64,000 nt of DNA from the NCBI GenBank assembly GCA_964627425.1, contig CAZVIY010000007.1, forward strand, positions 63,510 to 127,509, read 5' to 3'. Of this stretch, positions 42,810 through 50,209 are shown piece by piece. Source of the DNA: an uncultured Gemmatimonadota bacterium. GTDB taxonomy: Bacteria; Gemmatimonadota; Gemmatimonadetes; Palauibacterales; Palauibacteraceae. Under the pieces are notes generated by a model. It was not told the origin of the DNA. It made no database searches and saw only the letters and a list, made by a program, of their open reading frames with translations. The position numbers were made by a program, and so were the translations under genes. Position 1 is the first letter of the stretch; every line of letters begins with the position of its first letter.

Positions 42810-43883
42810 CTACCGGCTCCCGGCCGGCCCCGCGGCGAAGGCGCTCAGGTGCACGAGCCCGTCCCGCCATCCCTCTTCCTCCGCCAGCTCCGGATCGTCC
42901 AGCTCGCCGCCCACGACGCCGCCCGACAGCACGCGGTAGGCGCCCCGGCCCGGCGTGGGCACCTGGGTGAGCTCCGCGTCGGCGACCTGGATGAGCAGGT
43001 CCAGCGCGTCGGCCCGGTCGGCGGGATCCCGGTCGCCTCGGGCGTCGCCCCCCGCACCGCGTCCGGCGGCGCTCCCCGGCCCACCCTCCGAGCCGGCTTC
43101 CGCGCCGCCCCCGGAGCCGGTTCCTCGCCCGCTCTCCTCGCGTCGCTCCTCGCGGAGCATGTCCAGGAGGTAGCCCCGGAGGAGCTGCTCGTGGAGATCG
43201 CCGTAGAGGGCCGGCGCGCCGATCAGGTCCATGCCCAGGGGCCGGCGGCCCAGGAAGACGGCGAGTCCCACCTGCCCCTCCACGAGGGGGAAGGCGTCGC
43301 CGAGCTCCCCGAGGCGCCCCATCCACGTCCGGTAGGCCTCGCCCAGGTCGCCGGTGGAGGAGGAGGCGTCCAGCGTCCGGGCGATCCCGTCGATCTCCTC
43401 CCACACGGCGTGCTGGGCGCGGCCGAGCTCCGAGGGCGCGAACGCCGCCGGGTCGCCGGCGCCGGCGCCCGCCGCCCGCTCCGCCTCCACCTCCCGGGCC
43501 TTCCGCCGGACGGCCGTCGGCGAATGCTGCGGGGCGTGCTCGAAGCGTCCGCTGCGGAAGTGCCAGCGTCCCTGCTCCATGCAGGAGACGGGAAGCGTCG
43601 TGTCGGTGCGGGCCGGGAGCAGGATGGTGCGGCTCGTGGTGCGGTTCTGTTTGGCGCCCACGAGCTGCTCGCCGTCGAGCACCAGGACGTCACGCGGCCC
43701 GCTGTTCCGGGCCACCACCTCGCCCACGTTCCCCGATCCCATCTCGGTGACCTCCACCTCTCCCGCCTCGATGGCGTCCCGGAGCAGGCGGTAGGGCAGC
43801 TCCCGCTCGGTCGCCGCCACCAGGGGAAAGACGGTGAGTCCGGCGCGGCGCAGGGGGCGTCCCGCGTCGACGGTCTCCAGCAT
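42810..43883 (-). CDS. Conserved hypothetical protein with VLVLDGEQLVGAKQNR...PVSCMEQGRW core (possibly ARPP-1-like family)
   Basis: A 357-aa ORF. The N-terminal region resembles a family I recall as ARPP-1/DUF-type (GNVGEVVARN...VLVLDGEQLVGAKQNRTTSRTILLP...LPVSCMEQGRW). The C-terminus has a low-complexity Gly-rich stretch. The family assignment comes from memory only. Confidence 0.5.
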   Translation of the reverse strand: MLETVDAGRPLRRAGLTVFPLVAATERELPYRLLRDAIEAGEVEVTEMGSGNVGEVVARNSGPRDVLVLDGEQLVGAKQNRTTSRTILLPARTDTTLPVSCMEQGRWHFRSGRFEHAPQHSPTAVRRKAREVEAERAAGAGAGDPAAFAPSELGRAQHAVWEEIDGIARTLDASSSTGDLGEAYRTWMGRLGELGDAFPLVEGQVGLAVFLGRRPLGMDLIGAPALYGDLHEQLLRGYLLDMLREERREESGRGTGSGGGAEAGSEGGPGSAAGRGAGGDARGDRDPADRADALDLLIQVADAELTQVPTPGRGAYRVLSGGVVGGELDDPELAEEEGWRDGLVHLSAFAAGPAGSR

Positions 43884-44133
43884 GGCAGTCCTCCAGGTTC
43901 GGTTCGTGAGGACTGCCGATGGTAGGGAGGGGGTGTGACAGCGGACGGGCCAGGGGTGGCGAGCCGCCTCTTCCCCGGGTCGCGTTCGTCCGTTATTTTT
44001 TCCGGTGGGGAGCAGGCCGGATCTTCCGGGCGTCGCGCTCCACGGCCTCGGGAGCCGGACCGCGAACGGCCCGCCCTCGCTGGGGCGAGGCCGTCACCTT
44101 CCACCGGAGCGCGCCAGGTCCGGAGCGATCGCC

Positions 44134-46674
44134 ATGCCGAAAATCCGTCGCTGTCTCCCTTCCCTCGCCTCCCTCCTCGCGGCCGCTCTCGCATCGGGGT
44201 GCGGGGGAGACGGCGGGGCGAATCCGACCGACCCGTCCCCCTCCCCGTCGCCCGACGTCCACTCGGTGGCCGTGGCGCCCTCCGGGGCGAGCCTCGACGC
44301 GCTGGACGCCACCGCGTCGTTCACGGCCACCGCCCGGGACGACGCCGGGCGGACGATGACCGGGATCTCCTTCACCTGGTCCAGCACCGATCCGGAGGTG
44401 GCCACCGTCTCCGGCTCCGGCGTGGCGACCGCCCGGGCGAACGGAATCGCACGGATCGTCGCCCGGGCGGGCGGCGCGGCCGACACGGCCGTCCTGACCG
44501 TGGACCAGGTCGTGACCTCGGTGAGCGTCTCGCCGTCCAGCGTCACCATGGCCGTGGGCGAGACGGCGTCCCTGGCCGCCGAGCCGCAGGACGCCGGCGG
44601 ACACCCGGTGGCGGACGCCAGCGTCGCGTGGAGCTCGGGCGACCCGGGGGTCGTGGAGGTGGACGCCGGGGGGCGGGTGACGGCGAAGGCGGAGGGGACC
44701 GCGACGATCTCGGCGACCTCGGAGGGTCGGTCCGGCACATCGGAGATCACGGTGACCGACGGCTCCGGCACCGGGGCACCCCTCGTGGAAGGGATCTCCC
44801 CCGATCCCATGCCCGAAGGCGGCCAGGTCACGCTCCGGGGCCGGAACTTCGCGAGCTCGGCGTCCGGCAACACGGTCACCGTCGACGGGGTGGTCGCGCG
44901 GGTGGCCGCGGCCACGGCGACGGAGCTCACCGTGGAGGTGCCGCTCTTCGACTGCCTGCCGGCGAGGGTCGTGGAGGTGCGGGTGGAGACGGAGGAGGGC
45001 GCCGCGTCGGCCGCGGCCGGGCTCGAGCCGGACGAGCTCCCCGTGGCCCTCGCGGCCGGGAGCGAATCGGTCCTCTCCGATCCCCCCTCCGCCTGCCTCC
45101 AGTTCCCCGAGAGCGACGGCGACGAGCGGTACCTCCTGCTCGTGCAGTCGCTGTCCTCGGTGGTGGACGGCTTCACCTCGGTGAGGATCACCGCCGAAGC
45201 GGCGGACGGCGCGTCGGCCGCGTCCGCCGCTCCCCTTGCCCTCGCCGCGGCGCCGGACGACAGGGGGGGACCACGCCGCCCCCGGGAGGCCCGGATGCCG
45301 GACGTCCCGTCCTGGCTCCGGGAGCAGCGGGCCGCCGAGCCGCTCCTGCGCGAGTGGGAGCGCCGACACGTGGGAACCCGGAACGTCCTGCGGGAGAGCG
45401 GGCCGCCCGTCGCCGCCGAGGTCACCGGGAGCGTGGCCGTGGGCGACGAGGTCCGGGTCCGCGTGCCCGGGACCGGATCGGGGGATCTGTGCACCACCTT
45501 CACGGAGATCACCGGCCTGGTCCGTGCCGTCGGCGACCGGGCGATCCTGGTCTCCGACGTGGCCAACCCCTCGGGCGGGTTCACCGATGCCGACTACGGG
45601 GACTTCAGCGACTGGATCGACCAGCACATCGTCCCCACCCAGGTCGACTACTTCGGCTCGCCGTCGGACATCGACGGCAACGGGCGGATCGTGGCGGTCG
45701 TCTCCAAGGAGGTCAACGAGCACTGGGGATTCGTGGGGTTCGTGTGGACGGGGGACCTCCTCGCCCGGTCCGACTGCCCCGCGAGCGACGAGGGCGAGTT
45801 CTTCTACGCCAGGGCGCCGGATCCGACGGGCCAGCACGGGGACGTCTACGGGACGGACGTCGCCCGGGGCGCGATGCCGTTCGTCATGGCCCACGAGCTC
45901 ACCCACGTGATTCAGCAGAGCCGCCGGCTGACCATCGGGAAGCCGAAGCTGGACTCCTGGCTCTCCGAGGCGCAGGCCACGCTCTCCGAGGAGGTGGTGG
46001 GCCACGCGGTGACGGGACGCTCGCCGGGACTGAACTACGGCTTCGACGTCGCGGCCAACACGGCGGGCACCGACGAGATCGACTGGTACGTGAACGCGTT
46101 CGTCGACGTGCTGCACTACTTCGGGTTCGAGACCAGTTCGACCCGCGTCGCCGGCGCGCCGGAGCAGTGCGGCTGGCTCCGGTCCGACCCGTCCCCCTGC
46201 GCCGGTCGCGCGCTCTGGTACGGGGTGGGATGGAGCTTCCTGCGGTGGCTGTCGGATCACTGGGGACCGACCCACGTGGGCGGGGAGCGGGAGCTGAACC
46301 GGAGGATCGTCGACGGGGAGTCCAGCGGCTGGGGCGCCGTCGAGGCCGTCTCGGGCGAAGCTGCCGCCGACCTCCTGGCCCGGTGGGCGGCGGCGCTCTA
46401 CGTGGACGACCGGATCCCCGGAGCGTCCGCCCGCCTCACCCTCCCCAGCTGGAACCTCCAGGACATGGAGGAGAGCGTCGTCCGGACCGCCCATCTCCAG
46501 CCCTACGAGCTCCCCTTCGGCGACTGGCAGGCCACGGGGACCGTCCGGTCGAGCTCCGCCGCCTACCTCGCCCTCGAGGGACCGGGGCGGGAGGCCACGG
46601 CGATCCGGGTCCGGGACGGTGCCGACGGCCCGCTCCCGCCGCACGTGCAGGTCGTGCTGGTGCGTCTCCGTTAG
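44134..46674 (+). CDS. Lipoprotein with tandem Big_2/Ig-like domains and a C-terminal HExxH zinc-metallopeptidase-like domain
   Basis: A lipoprotein signal MPKIRRCLPSLASLLAAALASGC; three Big_2-like repeats (...SFTATARDDAGRTMTGISFTWSSTDPEVATVSGSGVATARANGIARIVA..., ...VAWSSGDPGVVEVDAGGRVTAKAEGTATISA...); an IPT-like segment; then HELTHVIQ plus a downstream Glu. The start is chosen at the ATG with the lipobox. Confidence 0.65.
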   Translation: MPKIRRCLPSLASLLAAALASGCGGDGGANPTDPSPSPSPDVHSVAVAPSGASLDALDATASFTATARDDAGRTMTGISFTWSSTDPEVATVSGSGVATARANGIARIVARAGGAADTAVLTVDQVVTSVSVSPSSVTMAVGETASLAAEPQDAGGHPVADASVAWSSGDPGVVEVDAGGRVTAKAEGTATISATSEGRSGTSEITVTDGSGTGAPLVEGISPDPMPEGGQVTLRGRNFASSASGNTVTVDGVVARVAAATATELTVEVPLFDCLPARVVEVRVETEEGAASAAAGLEPDELPVALAAGSESVLSDPPSACLQFPESDGDERYLLLVQSLSSVVDGFTSVRITAEAADGASAASAAPLALAAAPDDRGGPRRPREARMPDVPSWLREQRAAEPLLREWERRHVGTRNVLRESGPPVAAEVTGSVAVGDEVRVRVPGTGSGDLCTTFTEITGLVRAVGDRAILVSDVANPSGGFTDADYGDFSDWIDQHIVPTQVDYFGSPSDIDGNGRIVAVVSKEVNEHWGFVGFVWTGDLLARSDCPASDEGEFFYARAPDPTGQHGDVYGTDVARGAMPFVMAHELTHVIQQSRRLTIGKPKLDSWLSEAQATLSEEVVGHAVTGRSPGLNYGFDVAANTAGTDEIDWYVNAFVDVLHYFGFETSSTRVAGAPEQCGWLRSDPSPCAGRALWYGVGWSFLRWLSDHWGPTHVGGERELNRRIVDGESSGWGAVEAVSGEAAADLLARWAAALYVDDRIPGASARLTLPSWNLQDMEESVVRTAHLQPYELPFGDWQATGTVRSSSAAYLALEGPGREATAIRVRDGADGPLPPHVQVVLVRLR

Positions 46675-47660
46675 GGGGTACGGGCGGGGCCGACCCGCCG
46701 GGCTTCCTCCCTCACCCTCTCCCGGACGGCCGGGGGGTCGACGACCCGGGCGTCGGCGCCGTACTGGAGCACGTGCCGCACCACCCAGTCCGGGTCCGAG
46801 ACGTCGTAGGTGACCTCGACGCTCCCGTCCTCCCGCTCCTCCACCGGGCCGCGCTCGCGGATCCAGGGCGCCACCCGGGGGGAGTAGCGGACGGTGACCT
46901 CCCGGTCGTCGTGGCCCCGGTAGACCCGGCCGTCCTTCAGGTAGCGGGCCGGATCGAAGCCGTCGGGGACGGTGAAGGCCTCGCCGGTGAGCTCTACCTC
47001 GAGGGTCCGGTCCAGCCGGAAGCACCGCACGCCCTCGACCCGGTGGCAGCGGGAGACGGCGTACCAGTGGCCGTCGGCGTAGGCCATGACGTAGGGCTCC
47101 ACCAGCCGCCACTCGGGTCCGTCGGCCGAGGGCTTCAGGTACCGGATCCGGCAGCGCCGCCGGCGCCGGGCCGCCCGGAAGAGCGCCTCCTGGACCCCGT
47201 CCTCGTGGGCTGAGGGCGCGTCGTCCTCCAGGGCCATGAGCTCCTCCAGCTCGTCGGCGCCGGAGACGGCGAGCTCCCGCTCCAGTCGCCGCGCCAGGTC
47301 CAGGTGGCCCCGGGGGGAGCCGCTCCCGCCGCCCCCGGCGGAGATGGCGTGGGCCCGGAGCCCCACGGCCAGGGCCACCGCCTCGCGGGGCGTGAGCTTC
47401 ACGGGGCGCCGGAACTCGCCGGCCGTCCACACGGAGACCCGCCCCTCCTCGATGGCGATCTGGAGGTGGTCGGCCATGCCCGGTCCCTGGTAGTGGGCCC
47501 GGGTGGTCACCTCCTGCAGGTCACGGATCAGGTCCCGCTCGGCCACGTCCAGGGCCGCGGCCAGATCCCGGAGCTCGGCCCCGCCCTCCCGGGCGGCCGC
47601 CGGGAGCAGGTGGAGCACGCGCTCCAGCCGCTCCTCCGCCGGGCCGCGCCCGCCGCTCAC
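46671..47660 (-). CDS. HTH-WYL domain transcriptional regulator (PafC-like)
   Basis: N-terminal HTH (ERLERVLHLLPAAAREGGAELRDLAAALDVAERDL) and C-terminal WYL region (RRCRIRYLKPSADGPEWRLVEPYVMAYADGHWYAVSRCH). The GTG start overlaps the stop of the upstream WYL gene (GTGA). Only the last 329 aa of the 736-aa track ORF are real. Confidence 0.7.
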   Translation of the reverse strand: MSGGRGPAEERLERVLHLLPAAAREGGAELRDLAAALDVAERDLIRDLQEVTTRAHYQGPGMADHLQIAIEEGRVSVWTAGEFRRPVKLTPREAVALAVGLRAHAISAGGGGSGSPRGHLDLARRLERELAVSGADELEELMALEDDAPSAHEDGVQEALFRAARRRRRCRIRYLKPSADGPEWRLVEPYVMAYADGHWYAVSRCHRVEGVRCFRLDRTLEVELTGEAFTVPDGFDPARYLKDGRVYRGHDDREVTVRYSPRVAPWIRERGPVEEREDGSVEVTYDVSDPDWVVRHVLQYGADARVVDPPAVRERVREEARRVGPARTP

Positions 47661-48814
47661 GGTCCCTCCCGGTGGAGGGCCACCACCTTCTCGGCCGTCT
47701 CGGCGAGCCGGCGCTCGAGGGAGGCGGGCCGGATCACCTCGGCCTCGCCCCGGAAGGTGAGCAGCCAGCGGACGAAGGGGCCCACCTGGTAGACGCGGAA
47801 CCGGCGGACGTCGGAGCCGCCCGGCTCCTGGTCCACCAGCTCGCCGCGCCCGTTCCGGGCCACCTGCAGCGAGGAAGGGAAGTGGAAGCGGATCAGCGCC
47901 TCCACGGGCTCCTCCTCCTCGCGGTCCCCCAGCTCCCAGGCCTCGCGGTCCAGGTGGTCGGCCACCCGGAAATCGCCGGGGATCTCGTAGTCGGGCGTCT
48001 TGGGCTTCCTGGAGTTCGGTTCGAGCTCCTCCATCCGGTCCACCCGGAAGACCCGGAGGTCGCCGTCCCGGGTCGCGTCGGATCCCACCAGGTACCAGTG
48101 CCCGTGCTGGAAGAAGAGGCCGTAGGCGGCCACGTCGCGCCCGGAGGTCTCGCCGCGGTAGATGGCGTGGTAGTCGAAGCGCACGCGCTTCCGGGCCAGG
48201 AGGGCGTCGGAGAGGGTCCGGAGGCGCCCGGTCAGCTCGGCCGCTTCGGGATCGTCCGGGTAGAGCACGGGCGTCTCGGGGAGGTCGGCGTCGGCCAGGT
48301 CGAAGCTGAGCTTGCGGAGCGCCGAGCGGGCCTCCCGCCGCAGGGGGAAGGAGGGGAGTTCCGCCACACGCTTCAGGGCGTCCAGGGCCAGGGCCGCCTC
48401 GTCCTCGGCCAGCGTCACCTCCGGGTCGCCGGGGTCCGCCCGCCGGGCGTCTTCCTCCGGATCGCTCCCGTCCCCGCTCCCCGCCTCCCCGGCCCGGGAC
48501 GCCAGGCGCAGGTAGGGCAGGTAGAAGTCCCGGCGGGCGATGCGGTAGCCCTCCGTCTGCTCCATGCCGTAGTTGATGGTGTACGGGACGGTATCCAGCG
48601 GGATGCCGAGCTCCCGGAGCTCGTCCTTGTCCCGCTCGAACATCCGCCGGGCGGAGGCCCGGTCCGTCTCGTCCCCCGTCTCCCACTTCTCGGCGTAGGC
48701 GGGCACCCCCTCCATGATGCGGTCCACCGCCACCGGGAGCCGGCGGCTCACGAGGAAGGTGATCAGGTCGAGCCAGCGCTGGAGCTTCGTGGGCGTGGTC
48801 ATGGCGGGGAACAA
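47657..48814 (-). CDS. HTH-WYL domain transcriptional regulator (PafB-like)
   Basis: N-terminal HTH (KLQRWLDLITFLVSRRLPVAVDRIMEGV), the WYL domain (RVRFDYHAIYRGETSGRDVAAYGLFFQHGHWYLVGSDATRDGDLRVFRVDRM), and a WCX-like C-terminus. Confidence 0.7.
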   Translation of the reverse strand: MFPAMTTPTKLQRWLDLITFLVSRRLPVAVDRIMEGVPAYAEKWETGDETDRASARRMFERDKDELRELGIPLDTVPYTINYGMEQTEGYRIARRDFYLPYLRLASRAGEAGSGDGSDPEEDARRADPGDPEVTLAEDEAALALDALKRVAELPSFPLRREARSALRKLSFDLADADLPETPVLYPDDPEAAELTGRLRTLSDALLARKRVRFDYHAIYRGETSGRDVAAYGLFFQHGHWYLVGSDATRDGDLRVFRVDRMEELEPNSRKPKTPDYEIPGDFRVADHLDREAWELGDREEEEPVEALIRFHFPSSLQVARNGRGELVDQEPGGSDVRRFRVYQVGPFVRWLLTFRGEAEVIRPASLERRLAETAEKVVALHREGP

Positions 48815-48922
48815 GGTGAGCCTGCGGGCGGCGGCGTGCCAGTACGCTCGGGCTTTCCACCGGCGTCAGGGGCGGGGACACCGCCCGCGGCGCCGTCCGG
48901 CCCGGGGATCCGGCTCACGGGA

Positions 48923-49252
48923 TCACCGCAGCAGGACGAGGCCGCCGGAGAGGACGTCGATGGTGACCCGCTCGTAGCCCTCGGGAAACTCCCGCTCGGC
49001 GATCTCCCGGTCGGTCTCCACGACCCACACGCGGGAGACCTCGTCCCGGTCCGCCGTCCAGGTCCAGAACTCCCCGGGCTCGATCCTGTCGTGGAAGGAC
49101 CCAGAGGAGACGAAGGCCGTGCCCTGGCTGGCGTTGCTGGCCTCGATCCGCACCCCGTCCTGGGGCGCGGCGAGCCATTCCAGCGCCGAACAGGCGGACA
49201 GGGGGAGGAGGAGCGCCAGGACCAGCGCCAGGACGAGCGTCCGGCTCGACAT
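48923..49252 (-). CDS. Small hypothetical lipoprotein (109 aa)
   Basis: The internal ATG has an AGGAGG RBS 6 nt upstream. The signal peptide MSSRTLVLALVLALLLPLSAC carries a lipobox. The 143-aa track ORF is probably too long. Confidence 0.4.
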   Translation of the reverse strand: MSSRTLVLALVLALLLPLSACSALEWLAAPQDGVRIEASNASQGTAFVSSGSFHDRIEPGEFWTWTADRDEVSRVWVVETDREIAEREFPEGYERVTIDVLSGGLVLLR

Positions 49253-49496
49253 GGAGGCCTCCTGTGGTTGGCGGGTCCCTGACCCCGACTGCCGCGGATC
49301 GGCCGCGGGGAGGGGCCGACGGATCGAACTCACGATAGGAGGCCGCTCTGACATCCGCAGGTGGGATCCGCCGCCGCTCCGCCCTCGCGGCGGATCGGAG
49401 CTTTGGAAGGCAGGGGACCCGGCACCGCAGCCCGGTGTAGCGAATACGTAGCCATTTCATATCACCCCCTGGCGGGGACGGTCGGAGGGCGTCGAC

Positions 49497-49790
49497 ATGC
49501 GCGTCATCAGCACGAGGGATCTACGCAACACGCCCGGCAAGGTCCGGGAGATGCTCGAGGAGGAGGACCTGGTCCTCACCTCCGGCAGCACACCCATCGC
49601 CTATCTCACGGGGATCGGCGAGGGAGAGCGGATCGAAGAGGTGGCCGCCGCCATCCGGAAAGCGCGGGCTCAGCTCGCGGTGCACCGGATGCGGCGGGAC
49701 GCGCAGGAGGAGGGACTCGACCAGCTCACCCCGGAGGAGATCGAGGAGGAGATCCGGGCCGTTCGTGAGGGCCGCCCAGGGGCCCCTTGA
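49497..49790 (+). CDS. Type II antitoxin (VapB/Phd-like) of the downstream PIN toxin
   Basis: A 97-aa acidic protein. Its stop overlaps the start of the PIN gene (TTGA/GTG). A small-antitoxin-like N-terminus (MRVISTRDLRNTPGKVREMLEEEDLVLT). Confidence 0.6.
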   Translation: MRVISTRDLRNTPGKVREMLEEEDLVLTSGSTPIAYLTGIGEGERIEEVAAAIRKARAQLAVHRMRRDAQEEGLDQLTPEEIEEEIRAVREGRPGAP

Positions 49791-50197
49791 GGATCGTGGT
49801 GGACACGAACGTGGTGGTCTCGGGGCTCCTCAGCCCCCACGGACCGCCCGGCCGGATCGTCGACGGGATCGTGGACGGGCGACTCACTCCCCTGTACGAC
49901 GACCGGATCTTCGACGAATACCGGAGGGTCCTCCGCCGGGACCGATTCCCCTTCGCTCCCGGCGACGTGGGTGCCCTGCTGGAGCAGGTCCAGGCCGCGG
50001 GAGAGCACGTGACGCCCGAGCCGTGGGCGGGCGAGCTCTCCGATCCGGACGACCGGCCGTTCCTGGAGGTGGCCCTCACCGGGCGGGCCCGGGCGCTGGT
50101 GACCGGGAACCGCCGTGACTTCGAGCCGAGGCGCGGGACCCATTCCGTGACGGTCCTCTCCCCCCGGGAGCTCGTGGAACGTATGCGGAGGGCGTGA
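49787..50197 (+). CDS. PIN domain toxin (VapC-like, TIGR00305-type)
   Basis: RIVVDTNVVVSGLLSP..., conserved acidic residues (D..., PDDRPFLEVAL, TGN) and a 136-aa length. Confidence 0.7.
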   Translation: MRIVVDTNVVVSGLLSPHGPPGRIVDGIVDGRLTPLYDDRIFDEYRRVLRRDRFPFAPGDVGALLEQVQAAGEHVTPEPWAGELSDPDDRPFLEVALTGRARALVTGNRRDFEPRRGTHSVTVLSPRELVERMRRA

Positions 50198-50209
50198 GGG
50201 GGGGCGCGC

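Noticed and set aside
43993-47430. 1145-aa minus-strand ORF and 1092-aa plus-strand ORF (43935-47213) over the lipoprotein locus
   Set aside because: Only the 44134-46674 frame gives a signal peptide, Big_2 repeats and the HExxH motif. The other frames are GC-driven open frames.
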